64,000 nt of DNA from Eledone cirrhosa (lineage: Eukaryota). This document shows positions 41,389-54,912 of this stretch, piece after piece. A model generated the notes under the pieces. The model saw only the letters and a program-made list of their open reading frames with translations. It was not told the DNA's origin and ran no database searches. Positions within the stretch are counted from its first letter, which is position 1, and every line of letters begins with the position of its first letter. The DNA lies in contig OZ024741.1 in assembly GCA_964016885.1 (NCBI GenBank), positions 343,852,001 to 343,916,000 on the forward strand. The letters run 5' to 3'. Made by a program: the position numbers and the translations under genes.

Positions 41389-41654
41389 TATATATATGAT
41401 GGCTGCCCCCTCGTTATCGAGTATGGCCATTGCATGATATACCATTATTAATAATTGTTAATTAATTCTATCGTGCAATGCTTGTGCGTTAAGATATTTT
41501 TTAAAGTGAGGAAAGACTGTGCACTGAGCCAATCCCACTCTCTGAGCGGCAGTAGCTATAACCCGAGAAAGAAGAAAAGATCAACATTATCGGTAACTAC
41601 TGAGCCGCAGGTTTTATATCGGAGATATCCCAGTTTCCTGAGTTGACTTCTAGA

Positions 41655-41694
<40 letters not shown>

Positions 41695-41884
41695 CTGTAT
41701 GTGTGTGTGTGTGTACATATATATATATATATATGTGTGTGTGTCTGTGTGTGTGTGTGTGTACATATATATATATGTGTGTGTGTGTATCCAGGGAGTG
41801 TAATGCGAAGTTACCTTAGGTTCACCCGCGTGAGCACTCGATTTTTAGGTTCACGTCGGTCTCGAGTTGTAGAGCTAGAACGTT

Positions 41885-41947
<63 letters not shown>

Positions 41948-42393
41948 CACCACGAGCTTCTACAAACATTCTGTCAAGCAAGACATGATTAGCAAACTAA
42001 AGGCTGCAGTAAAAGGCACTTTCCAAAAATGCACTATAGCGGGGGCGAACATGTTCACCACAGATCGATGACTGTTTCATATAAGTATATATTCTATATA
42101 ATCTGTTCATCTACTTAAGCATCTCATTTATCTATTCCATTTATCTCTTGTATATCATTTATTTATCTAGTTATGAATTACATTCATCTATTTATCTATT
42201 GCATGTATCTGTTTTCTATTGCAGATTTATCTCTTTATGAATGATCAGTTACTTCGTTATGAAGAGAATGGAGAATAGAATTTCCACAAAGTGTCTAGAT
42301 TCTAAAAGATGTATACTGTCTATAAGATCAGTATTATCTATAGAACACACACATGTATACACACACACATATATATATATATATACATATATG

Positions 42394-44446
42394 CAGTGGC
42401 GTAGCTAGGGTGTGGAAAGCGGGGCACATGCTACGGGCGCCATATTTAGGGGGGCACAATTTCGACCGAGATCGATTTACATCCATGTCGTTTATATCAT
42501 TTTAAAAAGTATAAGCCAAAAATGAAGCATGTGATTTCTTGATAGCCGACTTTCACGCCATGTCTAGTGCACTAGACAGAGCAGATGTCTGATTTGACTT
42601 CACCCCCCCCCCCCCCTCACCACTGACAGCAGGGTGGGTTTCAATTATGCGGGTGCTATTTTTAGCTATACATTGCAAAACAGCGGATACCGCACTTGAC
42701 CTCACAAAACCACCCCCTCCCCCACACACTGACTGAAGGGACGTAGTTTTGGACGTGCAACTGGTGGACACCCAGGCGCTATTTTTAGCAATGCATTGCA
42801 AGATAATTATAATTATGAAGCTGGTTTACAAAACAGAGTAGTTTGTCTTTTACAACTGGTACATAAGACTTATAGAAAAGGTATCATATCCAAATGGCCA
42901 GATAGGATCGGATAGCTTCTATTAGGAATTCAATTTGACTCCAGTTTAGATGGTTCAATGTTTTCTTCTATAATACAGTTCGTCAGAATTTACTAAATCG
43001 TATCCCAAAAGAAAGATACTATGGTCTGCTGATTGATTCGAATCCCTCACCAGGGGCACCGAGAACAACTGTCAAACTTTGTGTAATATTTTGATGTTGA
43101 TTTCAATATGAAGACGATCGTTGTGAGGGAATATTTTCTTGGATTCATTCAAGTAATCAAAAAAGATGCCGCAAGCCTTGTTGAAACAATCGTGAAAGAG
43201 CTAGAAAAAGATGACCTACCACTGCAGAACTGTCCATCGCAGTGCTACGACAATGCTGCCATAAGGGCTGGGCATCACAGTGGGGTTCAGCAGAGAATGA
43301 GAGAGAAGAAGAATTTGATTCAATTCGTTAATTGCGATAACCATTCACTTAATCTGGCTGGTCTTCATGCAGCCAAAAACGATTCTGCTATGATGAACTT
43401 TTTCAGTTGCATTGACTCGTTATACAACTTTTTTCTCGTTCAACACGACGATGGGAAGCCCTTAAAGAAGTTGTTCCAGTGGTTGTTAAATATCCTTCCG
43501 ACACGCGGTGGAGTGCTAGATGTACCGCAGTCAGACCGGTGGTGAATTATTTGACGCTGATTTTTCAAGTTCTCGAAAAAATTAGTGATGTTGAAACAGA
43601 GACATGCGAGAGTAATCTCCATAATTGGATACTGAGTTATGAATTCCTGAACTTGATTGGATTCTGGAACACGATTCTCTCACGAATTGACCGGGTTCAA
43701 AAGAGACTTCAAGATCCAAGAATGAATTTTCACGATGCTGCAGCTGATATAGAAGCCCTTCAATTTTATTTTAAAGAAGAAGGAACATCCTTAATCCACG
43801 AGTCCCTTGAAATGGGCTTCGACCTCTGCCAGAAATGGAATGTCGATTTTCCGAGGAGGCGAGGAAGACGACAAACCAATACCAAAATTACTGAGGACGT
43901 TGAGATGGCTGCCAGAAAAGAGATAGACAGAGCAATGCAAAGTTCACTCAATCGTCTTCATACAGAAATAGAAGGACGGTTTATTTGACTTAAGGAAATC
44001 GACTCAAGTTTTGGCTTTCTTCTTAATGTCAACTATCTGTTTTATTTGGCTCCTCCTGATAACCTTGTCCTTAAACAAAGGTGCAACAGTCTTGCGGAAC
44101 TATGTAACTCCGACATCGACGGAAAGCAATTGTATGAGGAAATCTTGGACTGCCGATCTTTGCTAGCTACTAGGACAACTGACCCAATTTTAAAGACGGG
44201 GGCACTTCTTCAATTTATCATACAGTACGGCGATGAATGTGTTTTTCCCAATTTGCGAACTGATTTCGAGGAAATTATCAACCAGTTTGCCTCATTAAAA
44301 ACCCGAAATATTAAGTTGTAACCGTTTTTTGTTTTTTTATTATAAATTCTACCGCAATTCTTTGTGGATCTTGACATTTTGATTGGGGGGGGGGGGGGCA
44401 ATGTTGATGCTTGCCCTGGGCGCCGTTTACCCTAGCTACGCCACTG
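42394..44446 (+). mobile_element. Internally deleted hAT (Tip100/Zaphod-like) DNA transposon
   Basis: Perfect 18-bp TIRs cagtggcgtagctagggt / accctagctacgccactg; 8-bp TSD catatatg (42386-42393 and 44447-44454). Confidence 0.95.
43108..44321 (+). pseudogene. Disrupted hAT transposase
   Basis: EYFLGFI, QCYDNAA..AG..SGVQ, CDNHSLNL, SDTRWSAR, VFPNL; frameshift near 43440, stop at 43988, dimerisation core deleted. Confidence 0.9.
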
Positions 44447-44475
44447 CATATATGTATGTACATGTATATGTATGT

Positions 44476-44510
<35 letters not shown>

Positions 44511-44511
44511 T

Positions 44512-45210
44512 GAGTTTAGCGAGGTTTTTTATATGAAATCGTGTGTCGAAACAAATATTGTTATACTTGGGGAGGGTCATATTTGTGTAATATTGCCAGA
44601 ATTAATAACAGAACACACTCACTGTTTGGTTGCTTTTCGCTTCTCGCTGTCTTTTATATCTGTAATCTAGCTTACTCGGTCCTCAATGTTGCCATTGACT
44701 GACCGACGGTCAAAAATAATACAGATACAATATAGACACAAACAGATATATATAGTTTACATAATTTACATAAATCTTTCGTTGCACATCTGCAACATCG
44801 TCAGTGGTGTTATATTTTCCTCCTGTTGTGTTGTATGTCTACGCCATTTTTTATTCAGTCTGTCTATATATTTATTTATTTATTTGCTTGTTTGTTTATT
44901 TTATTTTGTCTTCTTTGCGCATGCGTTTGCGTGTGTGTATAGTGTTATGTTTGCTGTGTGATTAGTGTGTATAGTGTTATGTTTGCTGGGTGACTAGTGT
45001 GTGTTTATGTGCTTGTTGTTATTGTGCTTGTGTATGTATTTATTTATCTTATTTTATTTACTTATTTATACTTCTCTTAGGTCAGTGTTGTTTGTTTGGG
45101 TGTTGTCGTTATTCCACTCATTATGAGTGGAATAACAACAACACCCAAACAAACAACACTGACCTAAGAGAAGTATAAATAAGTAAATAAAATAAGATAA
45201 ATAAATACAT
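44512..45210 (-). mobile_element. pLTR-type fragment ending in a 177-bp palindrome (45034-45210)
   Basis: Homologous to 22548-23105; palindrome centre ctcat-t-atgag at 45122. Confidence 0.8.
44761..44813 (-). ncRNA. Candidate hammerhead (perfect core, weak stem I); matching copy at 22742-22794
   Basis: ca-CTGACGA-t-gttgca-gatg-tgcaac-GAAA-GATT-TA-tg. Confidence 0.55.
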
Positions 45211-45242
45211 CAAAATTGTTTTGACCACAAGAATTTTTGCAA

Positions 45243-47133
45243 TTAAAGAGGCTGATAAAGGGAGTACAGTAGTCCTAATGGAGACAGAATTCTATATCAA
45301 CTTAACGCTCTCCACTTTGGAAAACGAAACACACTACGAAAAGGCTGAACACTACAATCAACAGAAAATTATGAGAAACCTAAAACCTCTAATCAACCAA
45401 TACAAAGAAGGACTCACTAACAAGGAATTCAGCTTCATCACAGACTTCACAAGTAAATCCAGCCTCTTCTACGGTATCCCTAAAGTACATAAAAGCGAAT
45501 CAATAAGTAAGGCATGCAAGGAAGCCACAGACATAGTCATCAATGTCCCCTCACCCAATGATCTCAAATTAAGACCTATAATAGCAGGCCCCGCTTGCGA
45601 AATGCACCGTCTTAGCAACTTCATTGATACCCTTCTCAAACCCTTCCTCAAACACATCAAAAGCTATATAAGGGACGACCTAGATATGCTCAATCACCTC
45701 CCTAATATGCCACTTTCTGAACAAACCCTACTAGTGACGTTCGATGTAGTCAACCTATACTCCAACATCCCCCACAACCTAGGAATAGAAGCTATCCAAT
45801 TCTGGCTGGATAATTTCCACAATGAACTCCCACAACGCATCAAAAAAGAATTCGTGATAGAGGGACTCAAATTTATCTTGGAGAACAATTACTTCGTTTT
45901 CAATAACAAACCCTACAGGCAGAAATCTGGGACCGCTATGGGAACGAAAACAGCCCCCACTTATGCCAACCTAGTCATGGGATACTTGGAAATCACCCTC
46001 TACACTAAAGTCCTAAACAAATTTGGAAACACCCTCCACTTACACATTGAAAGGAACTGGAAGCGATATCTAGATGACTGCTTCATCCTTTGGCACGAAA
46101 ACATCGAAAAACTTAAAGAATTTCACACCCTTATAAATGGGCTCAACACGAATATTAACTTCACAATGGAATACAGCCATCAACAACTCCCCTTCTTCGA
46201 CATCCTCATTAAGATCCATAACAAAAAAATAGAAACAGACATATACTACAAGCCCACAGACTCCAAGCAATACCTCCCCTTCAACTCTTGCCACCCTAGA
46301 CACGTTAAAATTAATATTCCCTGCAACTTAGCCAAGAGAATCTGTACTATAGTCTCCAATAAAAACATCTGCTACTTACGGCTACAAGAACTAAAGGACA
46401 CACTCATAGGCAGGGACTACCCTGCATCACTAATTGACAATGGAATCCAACGTGCCCTAAAACTCAGTACCCAGGACCTTAGACACCCTAAAGTAAATCA
46501 ACCGAAACTAAAAGCTCTTCCATACATCTCCACACACAACCCTCTCAACAATGAGGCCTTTGACACCATCCTCCAGAACATCCCTGTGTTGAAAAAGGAC
46601 CATAGAATGAACCAAATTCTACGAACACACGATATCATAAAGAGCAAAAGACAATCCAAGTCAATGAAAAACACCCTAACACATGCCAAAGTACTGCCAA
46701 CCAAAACAACGAAACCCACAGTAAAAAAAATGCGATAGACCCAACTAACTGTGGCATTTGCATCAACCTAATGGAGGGTTCGGAATTCTATTTCAAAGAT
46801 GGACAACGTTTTATAGTAAAACACAATTTCACATGTGCATCGGAAAATCTAATATATGTATTAACTTGCTCAGGTTGTCAAGAACAATACATAGGCCAGA
46901 CCAAAAACAGCCTCCGCCAACGCATGACTGTCCATAGATCCCAAATTAAAATACGGGAATACAGGAAAATACCACTGAGTGAACACATTGATACCTGTGC
47001 CGCCCAAAATCATCCCAACTTCAGAATCTTTCCCCTCTACACATTTAAAGATAATGCCACCCACACCCAGCGCATCAGCAAGGAATCTTACTTCATTAAC
47101 AAATACGGACCCCGTCTAAACACTTCTCCCTAA
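45243..47133 (+). pseudogene. 5'-truncated Penelope-like (Neptune-type) RT plus GIY-YIG ORF, broken in the linker
   Basis: IKEADKG, FYGIPKVHK, LRPII, FDVVNLYSNIP, GTAMGT, RYLDDCF, YYKPTD, NLIYVLTCSGCQEQYIGQT. Removing one A near 46730 and the aact duplication near 46745 restores the frame and the linker KCDRPNCGIC. Confidence 0.9.
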
Positions 47134-47263
47134 GACGAACCCACAACATACACACGTTAACATACATACCTACATCAGCACACATCTCCACCCACATATA
47201 AACACAATGACATACGTAAACACACATGCTCTATGGTGCCACGCAGAAAAATATGTGTGTATA

Positions 47264-47338
<75 letters not shown>

Positions 47339-47689
47339 AGTGAATATATGTATGTGTATATATATGTAGTGAATATCATTTGACACCTTTTATTGTTAAG
47401 ATTTTATATGTTCTATTAAGAGAACCGATTTTACTGAAAAAATCGAATAATGTACACCATTTTACCAGGGGGAAAAATACTGGTCCACCCACACACACAC
47501 ACACACATATATACACACACACATACACACGCGTACATTAACATACAAAGAGACTTATACACACACACACACACACGCACTTCTCCGTATAAGACAAAAG
47601 CTGAAAAATAACTTTTGACATGCTAAAATACCCCCCATTGCTTTCAGACACATTCTTACTGACCATCCCTGCTACCACGAATTACTCTG

Positions 47690-47759
<70 letters not shown>

Positions 47760-47886
47760 ATCTTAATAGCCATTTGACACACATCCCGGCTAACCATTAT
47801 CTCAACATCGAACACCTTACTACTACTACTACACACACACACACACACACACACACATATTTGTTGTGAAAGAGTCATTTCTCAAT

Positions 47887-48130
47887 CTTGGCGCAAAACC
47901 AAATTTTTTATTCACATGACCTCTACCGACCAATCAAAATTGTTTTGACCACAAGAATTTTTGCAAACACCAAATAGCGCTGGAGCCACTTTTTTAACAT
48001 AAAAACCGTCTTGGCGCAAAATCAATTTTTTACATTCACATGACCTCTACCGACCAATCAAAATTGTTTTGACCACAAGAATTTTTGCAACACCAAAGTA
48101 ACGCTGGAGCCACTTTTTTAACATAAAAAC
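47887..48130. repeat. ~122-bp tandem duplication
   Basis: cttggcgcaaaa...ggagccacttttttaacataaaaac occurs twice. Confidence 0.9.
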
Positions 48131-48387
48131 AGGTAGAATTCCCAAAACTAATCAGATCAGAGCAAACAACACGGACACTCTATCTCAAAATTATTTTTGA
48201 AAGGCATTTAGAAATGCGCAACCGGTAAAAACTTAAAAACTTAAAACCACAACTGAATACTAACCCATACAATCACTAATACTCTTTTATTCCTAATTAA
48301 ACCATTTTTCAACTGTGAACAATTTGTCAGCATTTTCTATTCCGTTTACCAATATATAATAACTTGTGTGTTACACCTCTATTCTTT

Positions 48388-48448
<61 letters not shown>

Positions 48449-48944
48449 CGGCACATGGCCAAAATATAACATATAGTCCGAAACGCCGGGATGGGGATGG
48501 CCCAACGGACACCCACACCCGCGTTGTCCGGGGAGGAGCAAACCCTAACAATACAGGCAGAACAGAAACAAATAGGCACCATGAGCCTGACACCACCACA
48601 CGGGCGTTGGTGACGAGTACGCTTAACCATGAGCGAAATCCCAATATGAGTAGCAGTCTCAGGGATGATGCTAACCACCCCAGGCCCGACGACCCCAACC
48701 GCAGGACACGTGGGGGGGACCACCCCACGGTAGCTCTCCCAGCGCGGGCAACGACCACCCCACAGATTTTGGCCGTGAAGATAGCAAAACGCATAACGCC
48801 CAAAGGGGAAGCAACAATGCGGGAACCACCAGCAACCCAACAAATCTCCAACAACTCAAGACGCCCCCGACCCACTCATATAGGAGAAGACAAAGAAAAA
48901 TCACGTGGTACAACCCACCCTACTCAGCGGCCCTAAAGAACAGC

Positions 48945-49380
48945 TTGGCCCGATCATTCTTTGGAGCACTTGATAAATGCTTCCCGAGGGACCATAGATG
49001 CCACAAGATCTTCAACAGACACACTGTGAAGCTCTCGTATTCCACCACGAGAAATCTGGCCCAACACATAGCTAGCATCAACATGAGTAGGCTTAAAAAC
49101 CACACACAACCAGAAGATGGCAATGCAAGCACTCAGCAGAACCATGTGAAAGGAGGGAAGAGGGGACCCAGTGCCCACCCAAGAAACCCAAACAGACCCC
49201 CCCCCCCTACCCACCGTGCCTGGGGGAAGACCACCATGTAACACCTAACGGGAACCCCAATCTAGGCACGCATAGGTCGACCACCCTCTGCAACTGCAGA
49301 AACCCCGAATCATGCCCCCTTGGTAATGAATGCCTTAAGAAGAACCTAGTATACGGTTGTAGGGTAAAAAACCCCAACTC
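48945..49380 (+). pseudogene. PLE ORF fragment (thumb/linker) related to the 52518 family
   Basis: FPRDHRCHKIFNRHTVKLSYSTTRNLAQHI and CNCRNPESCPLGNECLKKNLVYGC. Confidence 0.8.
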
Positions 49381-49879
49381 TTTTTTATTATATATATATA
49401 TAATTATATACATATATACCTATATATACATATAAGTATATATATGTATATATATACCTACGTATATAAATATATATAAGCATATATATATACATACACA
49501 TGTGGATATATATATATATAATCATCTGTATATAGAGAATTATATATAATAGTATATAATTGCCAAATAGTTTCAGAATTAGCTCAAAATGTTTATATAG
49601 AAGAAAAGATAGATTTTTTAGGGAGAAAAGGTTGGAATAGCAGACACGAACACGGAGCAAATATAATAAAATATATAGATGGAAAAATTAGATTTTAAAT
49701 CATTTTTAATCCCTTATACATTTTTCCTAACTCTCTTGAAACATGTATAAGAATTTTAAAATGACTTAAAAGCTAATGTGTTCATCTATATAAATTGTTT
49801 TGGCTTTTATGGGGCGTGGGGCTGCGTGAGAATCTATATATATTAATTTGTTAATAAAACAATATATTTATGGACATTT

Positions 49880-50480
49880 GACGCCTATTGGAGTCGTGGA
49901 GGCACTATATTGTCATACGACGTTTATTGAGCATGTTTAACCTCGGCGGAGCCCATCTCTTTTCCATGTCTGAAAACCTATTTTTGGCTGTCAAACCATG
50001 AGTTGGCCTGTCCTATCTTTTTCTTAGTCCTTTTTATGCTATTCCATGATTTTCTCCTGTATTGTGGGAAAATCTCATTCATATCATTCTTCATAATGGT
50101 TTTGAATTTAGCCATGACTCCATTGTAGACCCTGAACCTGTCTCTTTGCTTGTAACCAGAGAACCGCATGTGGAGGATAAAATACTGTGTCTCTTCAACT
50201 CTGTTGGATCGAGCATGCGGGACACATTTCATATCGACCTTATCAGGTCCGCTATCAAGATATTGCATATAGCACTATTTGAGATAGCTTAGTTCTGATG
50301 GAACAGGTACTTGGAGGCCATGTGTTTGGTACAATGTGATTGGAGGATTTGATCTTTATCATTCCTAGTTTCCACCCAGAGTTCTGTGTCTAAAACGGTT
50401 AATCTATAGTTGCGGTGCTTAGTCTTAATGTTCTGGTGAATGGGGTTAGCTGGATACTCTCCATTGTGATAGCTTCTAGT
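49880..50480 (-). pseudogene. Decayed PLE RT thumb fragment, possibly Naiad-like
   Basis: LTVLDTELWV...ILQSH.TK.MASK, MRFSGY..RDR, YRRKSW. Confidence 0.5.
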
Positions 50481-51194
50481 TCCGATTCGTGGGTACACTA
50501 TCGTGGGTAGTTCTAACTACTATACTAATATCGTCAACATTGCTTGGAAATTTCCACTTGTTTAGGATAATGTTAAGCCCTATGGTATTCGTTTTCTACG
50601 AGCCGTATCTTGTTTATTCATTATAGGGAAATATGCTAAATAATGTATTTATATATGATAAACATTAGACATTAGATATATTATGATAAATATTAGACTA
50701 ATATATCAGAAGATATATTTATTGACTGACGACATATAAAAGCCGTACAACCACAGAACCGTATCGGTTATTGCAAAAATAAACTAAGGAACTAAATACA
50801 GAACAAATACATTAAGGTATTTATTTATATATTTTTATATTTATTTGTTCATTTATTATAGAGACAAAATCAATATATTGCATGATTTATCGACTATTTA
50901 TTATAGACCATAATATTTATTTCTTTTTAGGTCAAATTTCTTCCATCGTCAGTTTCCTACATTTTAATTTATTTAGTAGCAACCACTTTAATAGTGTGTC
51001 CCATGTTCCCCATCACTGAGTTAGAAAGTGTGTGGAATCAATATTCTCGAGCGCAAAATTACCCGTACGGGGTGCTCCAATTTCAAAGTACGAAAATGTC
51101 TGTAGCATTGAACATATTTCTTTAAATATTAGCGGCTTTCAACTGAATGAATATCTGTATAGGGGAAAAAATCGTAAGATTTAGCTTATAATTA

Positions 51195-51231
<37 letters not shown>

Positions 51232-51322
51232 CGAAGGAAATGTGGTAAGGAACCAGGTGGACCATAACGCACCAAAGTACTCAATACTTGAGGTAGTAGA
51301 GTGGGTAATAGGAACCAGTAAG

Positions 51323-51416
51323 ACCCCGACAGCTGAGCTCAAGCCGTTTCGACGGCTAATTCTGGACTAAATGAAAATTTATCCTGGTATTTAAATAGCC
51401 GATCTTCTCAAGGGGT
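51323..51416 (-). ncRNA. Type I hammerhead with U3-A8 core (mirror of 57542-57635)
   Basis: Reverse complement of the motif at 57542. Confidence 0.8.
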
Positions 51417-51780
51417 AATTCCATATATGGTCAAAGTGATTGTCAAAAATCAGTAGTAATTCTGTGGTTGCAAATTAGTAGGGGAGATGGTGACTAAACC
51501 TGCCAGTAGGAGAAAGAGGGGAGGGGGTGGAGTAGACCCAATCAAGCGTTGGTAGTGCCAGCTACAGCTGGGCATGAGGTCAAAGAAGATACAGGGGAGG
51601 GGGAGGAAGTCGGAACGGTAGGTAGAACAATGGGGGGTAGAAATAGGAAAGAAAAAATACTGAGAGTGAAGAAAAGCAAATAAGTGTAAAGAAAAAGAAA
51701 AAGTAAAGTAAATTAAATTCAACGACCTAGGTGTCAGGCTATTGTTAGGCGAGAATAAAATAAAGAAAGAAAGAAAGAAG

Positions 51781-51815
<35 letters not shown>

Positions 51816-52517
51816 GGAAATAAGTAAGAGAACTAGGTGGGACGGATAAGGCAAGGACCCTTTTAAGAGGTATAAGTACGTAAATGATACGGTGACGGGT
51901 CAACAAAAGGGGCCAAAATACTAAAGAGACTACCACGAAATAAACAATAAAGGTTTCCATCCCGGGCCAGCAACGACCCAGTGCAGCAAAGTGAACTTGT
52001 ACGAGATAATAATTCTGAGTCCCGGGAAAAATATATACTAATGCTAACTCTAAAAGATCTAAAACAAGCTACATGAAAGTTCGTACGAAATAAAGGTAGA
52101 ATACGGAGAAATAAATTCAGAATCCACCCCGCCCAGAAGAAAAGCGAAGCAAGAAATACTGAAACGAAAAAATAAGGCATAAGTGCCACTAAGAAATATA
52201 GAGGGCACAGAGAATAGTGGGAGCGGTCGGGAAAAGGGGGAAAGTATCCGGGGTCTAAGCCAACTGCTATAAAGGGCGGAGTCCACCAAATCTATCAAAG
52301 ACTAGGGGAGGGGGGGGGGGGGTACTAAGGCTACATGGGGCCAAAGGGCAGCCTCGGGTGGGCGAGAAAAGACGCCGACAAAGGAGAAGAGCTGGGGTAG
52401 AAGGACAAAGGAGAGAGGGGGGAAGGAAATAAAGGAAGCGATAAAAGAATACAAAGAAGATCTTACGTCTTCCTTGGCAAGCAGGGGTTACCCATTGCAA
52501 AATCGGCAACTGGGGTG

Positions 52518-54686
52518 TTATAGCCCCAGTCTACCCCCCCCCGGGTCATTATGGGGTTTGAGGGCGAGGTAAGTCCTACGCAATCTATGTTTACATGCAG
52601 TAACCAGTTCATCTTTCTTGTTTAGGAGTTGGTCCGTCGAAAACAGCATTTGTAAAGTTTCCTCCGAGCATAAATTGCACGGACGGCGTCCTCCCGTGTA
52701 AGAATTGGCTCTGGACAGTAATCTCCAAGTGAGATCATAGGTGATGTTGTTGTCCTTGAGGTCCCATATGTGGCCCGAAAGTGTAGTGGCGTGACGCCGG
52801 GCCGGGTTTCGGAAGGTATGTCTATGTTGGTATAGCCGGGTCTTGAAGTCACATGCGGTAAGTCCTATATAGGCTTTGTTGGAGGTATCCGCCCTCACGT
52901 TGCACTGGTAGATCACATTACGGTCTCTGCATCTATTGTCGAGTGGGCAAATAGATCTATCCGGGCAGTTACACCTCCTGGTCGGTTCTCCACTGCTAAT
53001 TAGGTTATTTCTGCCATCGGAGTTGAGTTTTTTGTTGTTAGAGGAGACGATGTTTTGTGCGATGTTTGGTGTAGTGCTGTAAGAGAGTTTGATGGTATTT
53101 TTGTTAATTATGTTGTGGTAGCGGTGTTGTAATGGGAAGTGTTTTTCAATGAGCCTAAAGAATAGTTTCCCGATGGGAGTAGTCACCTCTGCGTTGTGGG
53201 GAGGATTGAACCATGTTACATTGCGTGAGCGGCGGTGTCTCCTGCTGGTTCCGCTAATGGGAGCTGGGAAGTAGGATATTTCCTCCCGGAAACCACTCCG
53301 CTTGAGGGCCTGATTGTAATAAGGCGCATGTTCATCGAATATCCGCTCATTAGCTGACAAACGGGATATGCGGAGGGAGATGTTTTTGACCAGGTTGTTT
53401 GTGATGTTCCTAGGATGGTTTGATCGGTGGTGGATGTAGTGCAGATTGTCATTAGGTTTCCTGTATGGGTAGTACAGGTCGTTTTCGAGATCGAGGGTTA
53501 CGTCCAGGAAGTTTACTCGGGTCAGGGACGTTTGTAGGGTTATTTTAAATCCCCAGTCGCGGAAGAATCTGATTAATTGTTTCCGGACCCGATCTGTACT
53601 ACTGGGGTTGTACCCTTTAAGGGTAAGGAGCCCATCATCACGGTACAATCCACCACCGAATGCAGGAAACATATCAGTGAGTTTGGCTATTAGGAATAAT
53701 CCTATAAGATCAGTGACCTCCGCCGAATCCGTGGCGCCCATGCTGACGTCGAAGGGTGAGTCAGGAGCTCTTTTTATCCATTTAGAGTTGTCAAAGAGTA
53801 AGACTGTCTTCCTGGCGTGGAGGATGATTTTTCTTTCCTGGTCGGTGATGGGCACGAGTGTTTCGGCGAAGTCCAAGGCGGCAGTAAGTAGCGGTAAGGT
53901 GATTGAAGCATAGTAGCTCTCTATGTCGAACTGTATGAATTTAGTTTCTCGTTTATCCTCCATATTGCTGAACCAGGAGATTACTTCCTGGGTGTTGATC
54001 CATAGGCTAAGTCGGGTGTGTTGCTTGACTTTTGGTATCACGCGGTCTAGGATTTTTTTGCTGATTCTCCCTATGTCGGACTTCGTTGGGTTAATAAGCC
54101 TGATGGAGGGTTTACGGTCAAAATCGGATTTATGGTCCTTCAGTGTGAAGTATGGTGTCCGTGGGTCTAGAGGTTCCGTGCGGTCGGCGACCCCGAGGCT
54201 GGAGGTGATTTGTTGTCCATCTCGATTTATGTCCTCGATACAAGAGTGGTTGGCCTTTTTATAGGTGGAGTTTAGGCTGCTCCTGATCAGTGTGTGGTAT
54301 CTGTCAGGGTTGACAAAGTATAGGTTCCCAGTTTTATCCGAATGCACCATGATGTCATTTGTGTTATCATACTCTGTTAGGTTGCTACGGAGTTTTTGTA
54401 GGAATCGGTTGTGTCTGGGTTTAAATTTAATGTTCTTGACCAGTTGGAAGAGGTCATTCTCGAAGGGTGCGAGCAAGGGGTTCAGGGGCGGAGATTTGTA
54501 GGTAATAAATCCGAATCTCTCCTTGGTGCCGAAGTCTTGGTTGTCGCAATATCTGTCATAGAAAAAAGTTCTCCATCTAAGTCTTTTCGCAAATAGATCA
54601 ATTTTTTGCGTGAGCATCCGAAGGTAAAGTTTTTTTGGTGGGATTGGGATGTTCTTGGTAGAGAGGTCAATGTTGTGTTTTCGCAT
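52518..54686 (-). CDS. Intact PLE polyprotein: RT, CxCx5C linker, C-terminal GIY-YIG endonuclease (722 aa from the ATG at 54686)
   Basis: SDKTGN, LKDHK, RLINP, FIQFDIESYY, FDVSMG, GLYRDDGL, VNFLDVTLDL, CNCPDRSICPLDNRC, NVIYQC...YIGLT..FKTR...H, CNLC.EE; no stops. Confidence 0.95.
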   Translation of the reverse strand: MRKHNIDLSTKNIPIPPKKLYLRMLTQKIDLFAKRLRWRTFFYDRYCDNQDFGTKERFGFITYKSPPLNPLLAPFENDLFQLVKNIKFKPRHNRFLQKLRSNLTEYDNTNDIMVHSDKTGNLYFVNPDRYHTLIRSSLNSTYKKANHSCIEDINRDGQQITSSLGVADRTEPLDPRTPYFTLKDHKSDFDRKPSIRLINPTKSDIGRISKKILDRVIPKVKQHTRLSLWINTQEVISWFSNMEDKRETKFIQFDIESYYASITLPLLTAALDFAETLVPITDQERKIILHARKTVLLFDNSKWIKRAPDSPFDVSMGATDSAEVTDLIGLFLIAKLTDMFPAFGGGLYRDDGLLTLKGYNPSSTDRVRKQLIRFFRDWGFKITLQTSLTRVNFLDVTLDLENDLYYPYRKPNDNLHYIHHRSNHPRNITNNLVKNISLRISRLSANERIFDEHAPYYNQALKRSGFREEISYFPAPISGTSRRHRRSRNVTWFNPPHNAEVTTPIGKLFFRLIEKHFPLQHRYHNIINKNTIKLSYSTTPNIAQNIVSSNNKKLNSDGRNNLISSGEPTRRCNCPDRSICPLDNRCRDRNVIYQCNVRADTSNKAYIGLTACDFKTRLYQHRHTFRNPARRHATTLSGHIWDLKDNNITYDLTWRLLSRANSYTGGRRPCNLCSEETLQMLFSTDQLLNKKDELVTACKHRLRRTYLALKPHNDPGGGRLGL

Positions 54687-54912
54687 GGTGCGGGTGAAAT
54701 GAATTGAGCTTAGCGGAAAAGTCTGGATACGGCGTGGTAGGGTCGGAAAGTGCTCTACTACGGGATTAGGAGCTAGATAACGAAGGAAATGTGGTAAGGA
54801 ACCAGGTGGACCATAACGCACCAAAGTACTCAATACTTGAGGTAGTAGAGTGGGTAATAGGAACCAGTAAGACCCCGACAGCTGAGCTCAAGCCGTTTCG
54901 ACGTGATACCGC

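Noticed and set aside
54687-54833. 49-aa N-terminal extension of the PLE ORF in the ORF track
   Set aside because: Starts at TTG inside the pLTR; the homologue at 639 begins at the position equivalent to ATG 54686.
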